The notes: generated by a model from the letters alone, not told the origin. Shown: positions 15,222-28,415, numbered from the stretch's first letter. The stretch: DNA of 64,000 nt from Octopus sinensis (GCF_006345805.1 NC_042998.1:129890001-129954000); one strand, 5' to 3'. Made by a program: numbers and translations.

Positions 15222-16432
15222 CACATACATACACACACATATTTCTATGTCCATATATATGCACATCTATATATGGGGTATGATATATTTCTTCCGTACT
15301 ACTTTGGTTATATATCATCATCATCGCCACCTTTCAACAACGTTCGCATTTTATAGTCGCATGGGTCAGACAGGATTCTATGGACGTATGTCCTTCTTTT
15401 TGTCAACTCTCAACTATTCACGAAGAAGGTAATGTTTCCTCATGGGCAAACATGTTTTCTCGGAACATCTCTAGCATGCAAGTGATATGCAATTACAACT
15501 TTTACACGATGTTAAGACAAGAAAACAATGGCAGGCGTACTCATACATACATACATAAACACACACACACACATATATATATATATGCGTATGCATCTGT
15601 ATGTACATATATTTGCATGTATATGAATACATTTATGTTTAGTTGTTGTTCTTGTTGTTCTTTTAAAGAAAATGAAATCAAAGCACAAATACAGAATATT
15701 TTATGAGAACGGAAAGATTCTAGTTTTCTAACAGAGATCTATTTTACCTAGATACATACATACATACATATTTGTGTATGTATGTGTGTGTATGTGTGCA
15801 TGTGTGCATGCGTGCATGCGTGTGGTGTGCGTGCGATTGTAGGTATCTTCCTTTATTTTCGTTTGTAGTTCAGACTCAATTTTGTATTATCCTGCTGAAA
15901 TTCAGGCCAAATAAATACATAAAAAATAAAACAATAAATATGGTTTCGTTTGTAGTCAAATTCGTTTTTTATTTTTTGTTTGCGTATATACATACATGCT
16001 TCAACTCTAACAGAACAATCGATTATTTTTTAGGCTTATATTTAATCAATAAGCTTTTTGTATTCCCTTCACCTCAGGTTATTGACTAAGTTGCAAAAAA
16101 AGGGCGATGAAGATAAAGGCGTATATTAGCATTTTCATAATCACGATCATTATACTCATTATGGTAATTATATAGGCCATTACACTGATCAGCATGATTG
16201 TCGTCGCCGTCGTCGTTGTTATCTACACATCCGCCACCATTCAGAGTTCACTACTACTCACACTCAACCACCCACCAATATACAACAATCAGTCGCACCA
16301 CCACAACCAGTACTATCATCATAAGCATCATCATCCTTCTCATCATTGATGTTTTAAATTTAAAAATCAGAATAATATTGTTGCCATCATCAAACTTCTC
16401 TGAGATAGTGTTAAGTGTATTATTATTATGCG

Positions 16433-16504
<72 letters not shown>

Positions 16505-16770
16505 CGAAGTCCAGTATACCTATCATGACTACCCGGCTGATAAGGGTACACTATACACATGCACGTGATCAGAGATGTACATATCGTCAGCCACTAAGGG
16601 ACATGTTCAACTGGTTAAGGTCAAACAACTGACAAGCAAATCTGTGGTATTGAGCAGAATATTTGCTGTAGTCCATTTTTATACCAAGTTAAAACAATGT
16701 ACATGATAATACTTCCAATCAGATAACATCAGAAGCCAGGAGAGCTACTACCTGGTTCTGCATCAGGGCG
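16505..16770 (-). mobile_element. Internally deleted copy of the ~550-bp (AAT)n-associated dispersed repeat
   Basis: Joins the CATCATGACTACC..GATAAGGGTACAC segment directly to CGTGATCAGAGATG..CATCAGGGC; fuller copies at 19504, 23625, 36118, 37100. Confidence 0.8.
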
Positions 16771-16771
16771 C

Positions 16772-16838
<67 letters not shown>

Positions 16839-16839
16839 A

Positions 16840-17070
16840 GACTTTGCACAGTATACAATATCGTGAGGTTGTTGTTTGAAGATATTGTGACTACCAGGGG
16901 TTTCTACTGTTTGTCAAGTCACAACAGGGACCTTAAACAGACAGTAGTTTACGCAATATGCATGCAGTTCCAAGTAATGCCAACTTTTGCAATAGATCTA
17001 GATTGTAGGGTACTTCTAAGGTTTTCAGATGTATTTTTCAGATTGGGTGATATTATTGTTATTACTAGTT
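16840..17070 (-). mobile_element. 3' end of R4/Dong-like RLE non-LTR retrotransposon with (AAT)n tail
   Basis: Minus strand 17007-16933 translates YNLDLLQKLALLGTACILRKLLSV*, matching the LQKxxLLGTAxILRxVL C-terminus; short 3' UTR, then (AAT)n at 16775-16838. Confidence 0.75.
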
Positions 17071-17374
17071 GACCACGTGCCGTCAATAATGACGGCTAAT
17101 TGTAGTATTTTATATATAAATTAAGTACAAAATAAGCTATATAATAATCACACATACAAACTTTCACATACTTCCCTTGAACACGCGCACACATATACAC
17201 ACAAAGTTGAAACGCTGATTTGTTTTCATCCTATCCTTCCTTATTCATTTATCACTCTTTCCTTTACTCTCATTGCTATTACTTTCTATCACTCCCTCTC
17301 AGACAGGACTATTATTCTCATTCCTTCACTGAATTACTATTTTCTTTTCTCCTCCGCCTCCGGTGTGGTTCTGG

Positions 17375-17439
<65 letters not shown>

Positions 17440-17507
17440 TATATATATATATAGAGAGAGAGAGAGTGAGAGAGAGAGAGAGAGATACAAATTATAATTT
17501 CGGATAT

Positions 17508-17684
17508 CTAAGAGATACCACCACACTGGGAATAGCAGTCAAAACTTGACTCTAAAACCACATTAAATGTTCATACAGTACCAGAAGAGTTTCTTTTGTC
17601 TTCTCTCCTGGTGCTGTATGAACACTTAATGTGGTTTTAGAGTCAAGCTTTGGCTGCTATTTCCAGCATGGTAGTATCTCTTAG
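17508..17684. repeat. Fold-back inverted repeat, arms about 82 bp (MITE-like)
   Basis: CTAAGAGATAC..ACCAGAAGAG (17508-17589) pairs with CTCTCCTGGT..GTATCTCTTAG (17603-17684); 13-nt loop. Confidence 0.92.
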
Positions 17685-17854
17685 CTGCCCTAACTTATAA
17701 TTTTAATAATAATTATTACCTTTGAAGTTTTTTTATTCCCTTGCTGGCCACTTGATAAGATCGATATTTAAATAACGATCTTGTCTTTTTATATATATAT
17801 ATATATATATATATACGACGCTCATTATTATATTAGGTGATTATTATTATTATT

Positions 17855-17893
<39 letters not shown>

Positions 17894-19045
17894 ATTGTTG
17901 TTGTTGCCTTTGCACAGCTTCTAACGCTGGAGATGTACTACAGTGTGAGATGTTCACTACCAGTGAACTAATGTCCACATAAATTAACCAACAATCAAAA
18001 ATTTTAAACACAGGAGAAATAGAGAAAACTGTTCAATAAAGGCGGAAGAAATGAAAATAATAGTTCATACCAAAAATAGTTCATAAAGAAAGAAAAAGGA
18101 AAAGCAACAGTTCACAAAGAGTAAATAAAAATATATAGTTCCAGGCAGAAAAAAATTCAGGCCAAAATGGTACTCAGGCCCTATTCGATCCCGACTCCTT
18201 TGCAGCTCTCAATTTGATGGTAAAATCCAGTTCTTTGCTTGGATCTAAGCAAAAAAAAAAAATTTAATCTCTTCTTCAAATCCATAATTTTCGAAACCTC
18301 TTAGTTGGTTTGAAAACAACAATAATTCTTCAATTTTTCTCCACTGTAGAAAATCAACAATTTACTTCAAAAAATTACGGCTTGCTTCTCCGGTTGTTCA
18401 AGCAAGTTCACCGGCAACAAGCCACACACACCTTGCTTGCAAAACAAGCAACAAATTCACCGCCAAGAGTAACTGATATTGCGCCAGAGCAGGGCAGAAT
18501 ATACTGTAATAAAAATCAAACAATAATTCTACCCAGCCCAGAAAAAGCAAAATCGCTCACCCTGTCGTCGACCTTTTTCTCTAAGACGGAATTAAACAAA
18601 TAAAGGCGGAAGAAAAATTGTTCAATCTTCGGAGGCAAAGACACTCCCCTAAACAGCAGTTCTCACAATTATTTTAAAATTCTTCAAAAATGAACAAATT
18701 TTTAGTAGGCACAATACTCCCCCAAGCAACAATTCTCATAATTAAGTGAGAAACATATTCACTCAACATAAACCGCTAACTAGGAAGATGAATACCTCCC
18801 CGCTCCCCAAACAGAAATTCTCACAATTAAGCGAGAAAAAAATATTCGCTCTATGCGGGCAGAACCAGAATTCTGAATCCAGTAGAATTTCCTGCCTGTA
18901 CAAAAAATTCTCAGCAAAAATTCCCACTGGACCCAAAAAACAGAATCTTACCTTACAATGGAGTTTCAAAATTTTTCAGTTCGAGAATGTCTCACCACTT
19001 CAATGCCAAACACAACATTGACTCGCACATACGCAGAAGCAACCT

Positions 19046-19093
19046 TCTTGGGGGAAGCAAGCTACTTACCACACAGCCACTCCTGCGCCTATG
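19046..19093 (-). mobile_element. Truncated SINE family A head
   Basis: Reverse complement CATAGGCGCAGGAGTGGCTGTGTGGTAAGTAGCTTGCTTCC. Confidence 0.7.
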
Positions 19094-19383
19094 TAATAAT
19101 TAAAATATTAAATTTAATATTCTATTCACAAATTTGCAGTTTTCATATAGAAATATTGCAATCCATGTGTCTACATTTTCACGCACGTGGCGTATCTGAT
19201 GGAAGTTATTTTTTTGTATGTATATACTCCAGTTTCCTGAGATGGCTTACATATGTTCTTTCATTGTTCTCGTGGATACTTAATTTCTGGTTCGTGACGT
19301 TTTCGGAATTGATCTAATCTTCCCGAGAGCTCGCTTTCACACGTCCATGCTGCTTCCTATTGGCTGCGGTTTATTATTATTAT

Positions 19384-19478
<95 letters not shown>

Positions 19479-19503
19479 TTATTATTATTATTATTATTAT
19501 TAT

Positions 19504-20049
19504 TGAGTGAGAGTCCAGTGTATGCCATTAAAGTGAAGCATGAGCACAAATAAACGAAACACAATATACCCACCATGACAACGTGTCTGATAAGGGTATT
19601 CCAGGCACGTGCATCACGACCATATTTGCGCGATATGGTGACCTCTATCAAGATAAACAGCATATGACCTTACAGACGGGGCCAAGTTTGAATATTCTCC
19701 AGATCGAGTAGCATATTCCAAAAGGTTCCTGAATAAGGATTGTTTAAAGATGATTGACGAAACACCCATGTTTCCAGAAGTGAATTATTCAAATCCCCCA
19801 AAATTCCATCTCTACACATGGCTACGCTGCTCCCTAGTACGTTTGCTCGTGATCAAGGATGTACATATCGCCAGCCACTGGGGGACATGTTCAACTTGTT
19901 AAGGCCAAGTAACCAGCAAGCAGATCTGTAGTATTGAGTAGAATATTTGCCGTAGCCCATCTTTCGTACCAAGACAAAACATGTATATGATAACACTTCC
20001 AATCAGTTGAGTTCAGAAGCCACGAGGGCTACTGCCTGGTATTGCATCC
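19504..20049 (-). mobile_element. ~550-bp dispersed repeat abutting a TAT/TAC microsatellite (LINE 3'-end-like, non-autonomous)
   Basis: Colinear with copies at 23625, 36118, 37100; on the minus strand ends ..CTCACTC(AAT)n. Orientation inferred from the tail. Confidence 0.8.
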
Positions 20050-20053
20050 GTAT

Positions 20054-20418
20054 ATGTAAGGTATGAACAAAAGCAACCAGCATCCACACGTTGATGAAAT
20101 GACATCATCAATCTTTAAGTTTCAATTTTATAACAGGTGAAAAGAAAAAAACAGTAAAAGAAGACAGGAAAAAGACAGAAAAAAAGAGTAAGGAGAAAAA
20201 GAAGTATCTGTAATCAAACACTTTTGTATAAATTTGATGATATTCTCCTGTCATTTTATACATTCCTCCAGGCCGTGGAGTTAATAACGCGCAAACATAT
20301 TTCTCCTGATTCATTTTGAGAAGTGAAAGTGAAGCAGGTTCAGAATATTTTCTGAGAATATGCACTTTCAAGTCTTTTTTCAAAATTGCAGCCGTTTGAA
20401 ACGAAATGTTCGGCAAGT
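20054..20418 (-). mobile_element. Inverted copy of the Penelope-like element 3' end
   Basis: Reverse complement aligns to 21140-21504; ORF KKDLKVHILRKYSEPASL..GEYHQIYTKVFD versus EKDLKVHILRKYSESASL..GEYHQIYTKLFD. Confidence 0.92.
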
Positions 20419-20445
20419 AACCGCGTTTGACATAATGATGTACAT

Positions 20446-21600
20446 CATTATGTCAAATGCGGTTGCAGTGAATCACGATTAAAGGAAATAGCAAATGAAA
20501 TAGCTTAGATTAGCTATGATAGTCAAACTTTCACGCATAATTTCATTATGTCAAACGCTGTTACAGTGAATCACGATTAAAGGAAATAGCAAATGAAATA
20601 GCTTAGATTAGAAAAGATAGTCAAACCTTTACGCATAATTCTAGCAAACATAATACAATAGATGACAGAATTCCTTTAGTGATTAACTGGTACCGAAATT
20701 TCGCTGGAATTTCAAAAATGTTGCATAAAAGTTACCAGCATGTGGCGAAAAAATATCTTCGTTTCAAACAGATATTTTCTCAGCCGCCTATTGTAGCCTT
20801 TAGACGGAATAAGAATATAAGAGAATTATTGACCTCTATTTCTGATTCAAAGTAAACGAACATTGGAGTATCTGCACGCTGTACCTTGAAACACAGCCAC
20901 AAAAGAGGTAAGCCCTGTTCATTGTGCAACAACATGAGTCAAGTGAATTCCATCAGGAATCATAGCAGAAATGTTATGTTTTATACAGAAGGTGGGACAT
21001 GCAAATATTCCCATTTGGTATATGCGGCAGAATGCACGAAACACAACTCGAATTAAGTTGTTTGTACAACAGAACAATTATACAAAAGGTTTAATGGGCA
21101 CAGATTCAACGTCAGGCACAATAACAGTAGTTTGACAGAACTTGTCGAACATTTCGTTTCAAATGGCTGCAGTTTTGAAAAAGACTTGAAAGTTCATATT
21201 CTCAGAAAATATTCTGAATCTGCATCACTTTACCTCCTCAGAATGCATGAGGAGAAATATGTTTGCGCGATATTAGCATCACGCCCGGGAGGAATGAATA
21301 AAATGACAGGAGAATATCATCAAATTTATACAAAACTGTTTGATTAAATATTCTTCTTTTCCTTTCCTCCTTATTTCTATCTATTTTTGTGTCTTCTTTT
21401 TTCTGTCTTTTTCCTTTCGCCTGATATAAAATTGAAACTTAAAGACTGATGATGTCACTCCATCAACTTGTGGACGCTGGTTGCTCTCGTTCGTACTTTA
21501 CATTTAAATTTCTAATAATTTAGAATTTTTATCACTTCTTATTTTGAACTTGACAAAGACAGGCTTACTGTTGAAATATCGTTCAACCAATAAAATATCT
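20446..21600 (+). mobile_element. 5'-truncated Penelope-like retroelement: RT thumb/linker, Cys-rich spacer, GIY-YIG endonuclease, 3' UTR
   Basis: One frame 20544-21347 with three internal stops (20604, 20853, 21054): RIPLVINWY..FSQPPIVAFRRNKNIRELL..GKPCSLC..LVYAAECTKH..LYKRFNGHR..HF..GGMN; AATAAA at 21589. Confidence 0.9.
21544..21586 (+). ncRNA. Minimal type I hammerhead ribozyme, U3-A8 core variant
   Basis: TTGAAC-TTGACAA-A-GACAG/gctta/CTGTT-GAAA-TA-T-C-GTTCAA; perfect 6-bp stem I; located at the PLE 3' end. Confidence 0.72.
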
Positions 21601-21672
21601 ATTACAATCAATCGCGCTCTTCGTCTTGACTGCTTACCTTCGTGAAAAGTTACGTCAATCCTTTTTTAAAAT

Positions 21673-21714
21673 ATAATAATAACAATAATAATAAAAATAA
21701 TAATAATAATGATG

Positions 21715-21793
<79 letters not shown>

Positions 21794-21831
21794 CAATAAT
21801 AATAATAACAATAACAATAATAATAATAATA
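21673..21831. repeat. (AAT)n tract
   Basis: Directly visible. Confidence 0.97.
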
Positions 21832-21839
21832 CATAGACA

Positions 21840-21980
21840 CCGGCGTGGCTGTGTGGTAAGAAGCTTGGTTCCCAACCACATAATTCCAGGTTCAGTCCCA
21901 CTGCGTGGCAGCTTGGGCAGGTGTCTTCTACTATAGACTTGGGAGTGGATTTGGTAGACGGAAACTCAAAGAAGCCCGTC

Positions 21981-22043
<63 letters not shown>

Positions 22044-22047
22044 TATG

Positions 22048-22080
<33 letters not shown>

Positions 22081-22116
22081 GTATGTATATATATATATAT
22101 ATGTATATATATATGT

Positions 22117-22157
<41 letters not shown>

Positions 22158-22200
22158 ATATTATATATATATATATATGTATATATATATGTATATATAT

Positions 22201-22242
<42 letters not shown>

Positions 22243-22405
22243 TGTACATAATTATGTGTCTGTGTTTGTCCCACCCCATCACTTGTCAGCCGATGTTGGT
22301 GTGTTTACGTCCCCTTAACTTAGCGGTTCGGCAAAAGAGCGGGTTAGATTAAGTACTGTGCTTACAAAGAATAAGTACTGTAATCAATTTGTTCGACTAA
22401 AAGCG
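21840..22405 (+). mobile_element. SINE family A with expanded internal (TA)n
   Basis: Homologous to 1011-1422 in head, body and TAGCGGTTCGGCAAAAGAG segment. Confidence 0.85.
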
Positions 22406-22789
22406 ATTGGTTTGATTATGGTAAATCGTTTATATAATTCTTCCTACTTATCCATCTCAGTCATCTCATTGGCTTACGTGTGTTTTCAAAAACTGACTGG
22501 ACAGCAGCAGAAATACTCATGTTCTCGTTTCGAGCACGGAAGTGGCTACATGCTACTCACAAAAATCCATTCCACTTCATAATATTAAGTCTAATTTTCC
22601 AACAACCTTAGGAGTAGTGTGCGAAAAGATCTACCTGAATTCACTCCAACCCTGCCATCCAGACGAAGAACTTCCACTCCTGCTAGAAAGGAGTACAATA
22701 AAAACCGTTGTTACAAAAGCCTAAAAAAACATCAAATTTATCTCAAAGTGTCAACATGAATAATAACAACAACGATGACATCAATGGGT

Positions 22790-23105
22790 GAAGGGCGAAG
22801 GGAGTAAAGAGCCCCTTCGGTTGCGAATGGCCATGGGATTGCACCTAGAAACTTCCCCTCGGAAGCAAAAGTCTGGGCAAGGTTGTTTGTGGAAGACCAG
22901 CAGTCGTCCATGCATACCAGTCTGCCCTCTGCTACGTCACTGATGTTTTCTAAGAGAAGGGCAAAGGCTGATACAGCTTGGCACCAGTGACATCGCAACT
23001 CATTTCTATAGCTGAGTGAACAGGAGCAAAGAGTCTTGCTCAAGAAGAAAACACACAGCCCGGTCCGCAGATCGAACTCACAACCTCACGATTGTAAGCA
23101 AACTA
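22790..23105 (-). mobile_element. tRNA-headed SINE (family C)
   Basis: Plus-strand GATCGAACTCACAACCT is an antisense B-box region; GTCTTGCTCAAG and GGCACCAGTGACATCGCAACTC body resemble conserved SINE central domains. Confidence 0.6.
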
Positions 23106-23472
23106 ACTAGTGCAGCCATTCCCTGCCTCACAAACAACAGGAATACAAACTTCAACGATAACATATTTTACGAAACCAACAACCACCAAAACAAGAAAGA
23201 CCATATCGAAAACTACTGCCTACGTGGCAAATAAATTATCATAAATAAATATTCGTCAGGTGACAGAATTATTAACACGTCAGACAAACTGCTTTGCAGG
23301 TTTCCTTTCGGGTCTTTAATTCTAATACTAACCGAGATTAATTTTGTCCATCATTCTTTCGGCGACTATAAAATGAAGAATCAGTCAAATACTGGGGGCG
23401 GTATATACGACTTCGCCTCTACCCTAAAGGCTACTGGCCTTGTGCCTGCAGCAAATAAAAGTTATTATTATT

Positions 23473-23507
<35 letters not shown>

Positions 23508-23528
23508 TATTATTATTATTATCATTAC

Positions 23529-23610
<82 letters not shown>

Positions 23611-23624
23611 ATTATTATTATTAT

Positions 23625-24064
23625 TGAGTGAGAGAGCAGTGCATGCCATCAAAGTGACACTGGGGTAAAATATACAAAGCCCAGTATACTCATCATGACT
23701 ACCAGTCTGATAAGGGTACACCAGGCACATGCATCACAACCATATGTGCGATATATGGTGATCTCATATCAAGATAAACAGAGCATGACCTTGCAGGTGG
23801 GGCCCAGTTAGAATTTTCTTCTGGTCGAGTAGCCCATCCGCTCAAAAGGTCCTTGAATAAGGATTGTTTAATTATAGTGAATGAACCACCCATGTTTCCA
23901 AAGGTGGATTATCCAAACCCTAAAGAATTCCTTTGAGCACACGGCTATGATGCTCCCCACTACTTCTGCTCATGATCAGAGATGCACATATCGTCAGCCA
24001 ATAAAAGACATGGTCAACTGGGTAAGGTCAAATAACTGACAAGCAAATCTGTGGTATTGAGCAG
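23625..24064 (-). mobile_element. ~550-bp dispersed repeat copy, truncated
   Basis: Colinear with 19504-20049; abuts the TAT/TGT/CAT tract at 23461-23624. Confidence 0.8.
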
Positions 24065-25558
24065 ACTGGCAATACAATTCACCTCTCACATTGCTCCAAC
24101 ATGTTGTAAATGAGTATTTTTTTGCCCATTTATAGATTTGTAACATATTTTGTTAACGTGATCGCAAGGAAAGACTTGGAGATGCAGTTAAGGATTGTTA
24201 ATCTGTCTCAGTGTATTGATTATAGAGTTTACACTTGGTGATAACCTAGTTTCCGTTATCATATTCTTGTATTCATTAGTGGCTATATATTGGTCATGTG
24301 CAGCAGCAATCCTAACTTACATCACTTGTCTTAATTCAGTGTTTTAAGTCATTGTTCGTTTTCTCTATGACAAGTTCGTTTCTCTATAACCTTGTTGGGT
24401 ATAAGCCATAAAATGATCTTTTTTTCTTGTTGGTACATATAGTGTAACCGAGTACAACTATGATGAAATCATTGAAGTCCAGACCATCTCTGATATTGAT
24501 ATATTTTACGCAAAATTTGTTTGGTACTTAAATTGAAACATACGGCATACGCCTGATTAACTCATGCATAATTTATGTCTCTATCGTTTTTATATCATTG
24601 GTTTTATGTTGTATTCTGTTATGATTTTTGTATGGTTTTTATATTTAGAAACGCATTCTGTTGTTATTCTTTTCCTTCTCTACATCCTTTTTATACTGCA
24701 TAGTTACTTTCTACTTTTTATTTATAGTTTTCGTATATTTACAGAAAAATTATTTCCTTCATTCTTCATTTTGCTAGAGTCATGGCATTTTCGTTATCCT
24801 ACTCTAATGGTTTCATAGTAGTGTCCTACTTTCAACAAATCCCGGTCCCCGTGTATAAGGAATAATTACGTTCTATCTATGGGATTCATATATCCGTATG
24901 AAAATTTAGTAGAACGAAAGCTATCTTATGTAGTAGCGACCATCTGTCAGCCATGTCCATTGCGAATACTACACTTCCGCTTTTCTTTCGTAGAGAAAAG
25001 TAAGTAAATTTCTTGTCTGATGGTTATAACATCCTACAACAAAGATTATGAAAGTTAGCTGATTGTGAAGAATATTCATCATGCAAATGAAATCCACTAC
25101 GTAGTGCGCATACAGGGAATACAATTCGAAGAAGATACTTACCGCTTGATGTCAGAGTAGACCTAGAGCACTGCAGCTCCTTGTGTAGTATTAAGTGGTG
25201 GTTATTCCCAATAAGATCAATATCATATATGTTTTCTATGTAAACTATCACGATTTTCATCATCTCAATCTTTTTGCAAGCCAACACATTCTTTTGTACT
25301 GTGTTTCTGTCCCCTCCATGACACCTGTATAAATTCATTTTTGAGCTGGCAGTGTCGTTAGCACATCGGAAAATATGTTTAGCGGCATTTCTGTAGGCTC
25401 TTTATGTTTTCAGTCAACTTTGCCTTTCATCATTTCATTTCGAAGTCGATAGAGGAAAGTACTTGGGAAATGCTGGGATGAATGCAATCGATCTGGCATT
25501 GTGCAAAATTTGAATCAAATATATTATTATTATTATTATTATTAACAATAATAATAAC

Positions 25559-25592
<34 letters not shown>

Positions 25593-25608
25593 TAATAATA
25601 ATATAATG

Positions 25609-25654
<46 letters not shown>

Positions 25655-25677
25655 TGATGAGGATGATGATGATGATG

Positions 25678-25714
<37 letters not shown>

Positions 25715-25769
25715 TAATAATAATAATAATAATAATAATAGTAATAATAATAATAATAATAATAATAGA

Positions 25770-26065
25770 GACTTGATTCGAGAAATTGAAACAGAAAGAC
25801 ACAAATATCTTGTTGTACTTGAGTTCAACGAGATAATGGAAAAAGAAATAAAGGAGCACTTGAGGAGGGAGTATTTCCGAAGACTGAGTTTAGAGTTACA
25901 CTCAATATTGAATGCTTTGAATAAAAACCAAGCAGTTAATACGTGGGCGATAGCATCACTTCGGTATAGAGCGGTTATTATAAAATGGCAAAAGAGAGAA
26001 GTGATGAAAATTGATACCAAGACGAGAAAAATGACAACAGCACACGGGGCCTTAGAGTCTGACCA
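25770..26065 (+). mobile_element. R4/Dong-like RT C-terminal fragment
   Basis: HKYLVVLE..EYFRRLSLELHSILNALNKNQAVNTWAIASLRY..W..IDTKTRK..HGAL matches YKYLGVLE..EYFRRL..LN..NK..AINTWA..LRY..DRKTRK..GAL. Confidence 0.8.
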
Positions 26066-26329
26066 GTAAACAAGTGTCACCTTAGTCTGTTGGCTGTGGA
26101 CAGCTGACACTTTCCATTATATCCAGCGAAACAATCTGTGAGTTTTCATAAAATGATATTAATATTCACCCCAGCATAGCAAGGGAGAATTAGAAATAAA
26201 ATATATATGTTTAGATCTGGTACTGAAATACTCAGTATCAAGAACAAAGAAAATGTTTCCAACAGCTAAGAAGTGAGAAATAAATATGGTATAGAAAAGG
26301 AAAACTGAAATCGATGATGTAATCGGAAA

Positions 26330-27925
26330 AAATCTAACAAATAGAATCCTCTGGAAATGATGGAATCCCTAAATTTTCTCTAAAACACATGAAAAAGTGA
26401 GCCATCTGTACAATAACATGATGCATAACCCCCGAAAAATATATCATTTGGCTGGTAAAATGATGAAAGTAATAACACCGCCTCCGAATTGTCGACCAAT
26501 AACATATCTTATAAACCATGTATAAAATACTAATCATCTCTACAGTATATGTCCCTGGTGGATAACAAAATATTACCTTACAAGGAAAAAGTCAACAAAC
26601 GTGGTTCGTAAAGTGTAAAAACTGGCTTTTGATCTATAAGATGATTGTAGATGACTGCCATAAACGACATAAAATTCTTTCCATTGAATGGATTGATTAC
26701 GAAAATGCGTTTAATAGCTTTCACTATTCTTGAGTTGAGAAACGCTTGGAAATCTATAAAATCTCTCTGGTTTTTGATAATTTTTAAAATAAAATAATAA
26801 GAATTTCTGGAACAAAAGCCTATTCCTGAATTCAGAGGCACATAATTTGAATGTTAGTGACATTGATATGAACTGTAGCACGCCTGAGATGTATTCAGAA
26901 TATCTGAGAGATCAATCAACCACCTCCTTTACATGGATGATCTAAAGATTTGGTGAATGGTAATGAACACTTGGAAGGATTTTAACCATAGTAAAACTAT
27001 TCACTGACGATACGGAAATGGAATTTAGCCTCGATAATCAGCTGAGGCTGCATTTTTTTTAAAGGAAATGTTTTGAAAACCTGCAATATACAGCTAGAGA
27101 AGACTTATATAATCAAAGAATTAGATCTTGAAGAAAGTTACAAATATACAGGTCCATGTGTGGAAGAAGGCATCCAGCAGCCACAAATGTGCAAAAAAAA
27201 TTTTAAATAAGCTATCGTACATTTAAGCAAACTTGAAGTGAGAAACAGGATCGATGCCATCAATATCCTAGGTATACATCTTGTGGTCTCTAAATTAGAT
27301 ATCATAAAATTTTCCATAAAAGAGATAATTGATAAAAAATAAACTCCCTGTATAACGCATGCATTATCCAAAGGCAGATGTAGGCATACTATATACCCCA
27401 TGAAAAGATGAAGGGTGTATATTTGATACAGCTGCAACTCTCTCTCAAACTATCAGCCATAGTTTTAGACACTCTATAAACAGCAACGACTGGGTGCATG
27501 AACTTGTCAGCATTCATAAATGTACAAAGAAACTACACTCAGCATCAAAAGAAGCAAGCAAATTATAAGAGATTAAAGATCACTGGGACTGAAACGCAGC
27601 TTGATGAAAGAAAAGACCCCACTGTGTTAGCCATACAAATAAAATCACAGGCAAAATCAAATTAAATCTCAGAGCTGCATAATAAATATACATTATATCC
27701 TACAAGGACTAGATGCCTAAACACATATGACACATCACTGGCTATCTGCATTTGAACTTCAATCAAAACCAGAGAGCTTCATCATAGCAGCTCAGTATCA
27801 CTATCTGCCCAACTGATATTACCAAGTGAACTTGCTTAATGGCACTGATCTCCAATGTCGCTTTTTGTTATACAAGCAAATGAACGATTAAACGTCTCGT
27901 CTCTGACTGCTCTATGTTACCCCCA
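26330..27925 (+). mobile_element. Degenerate R4/Dong-like non-LTR retrotransposon (RT through Zn-knuckle region)
   Basis: Motifs across frameshifts and stops: CRPIT..MYKIL, MIVDDCHKRHKILSIEWIDYENAFNS (26641-26718), INHLLYMDDLK (YMDD 26930-26941), IKELDLEESYKY, ESFIIAAQ. Confidence 0.85.
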
Positions 27926-28116
27926 GTTAATCGCCATGATAGGCTTCTTCAGTACTACATCAACCCCAGTGTTTCAACGGTACTTAATTTATCAATCCCC
28001 GAAAGGAGGAAAGGCATAGTGGACCTTGGTGGAATTTGGACTCAAAACTTAGCGAGAGCCGAAATACCGCAAAGAATTTCACCCACTGTGCTAACGATTC
28101 TGCTAGCTCTCCGCCT
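27925..28116 (-). mobile_element. SINE family B
   Basis: Reverse-complement homologue of 28806-29012. Confidence 0.8.
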
Positions 28117-28147
<31 letters not shown>

Positions 28148-28151
28148 GATC

Positions 28152-28243
<92 letters not shown>

Positions 28244-28277
28244 AATAATAATAATAATAATAATGATGATGATGATG

Positions 28278-28341
<64 letters not shown>

Positions 28342-28415
28342 TGATGATGATGATGATGATGATGATAATAATAATAATAATAATCATAATAATAATAATA
28401 ATAATAATAATAATT
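28117..28415. repeat. (AAT)n/(GAT)n compound tract
   Basis: Directly visible. Confidence 0.97.
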
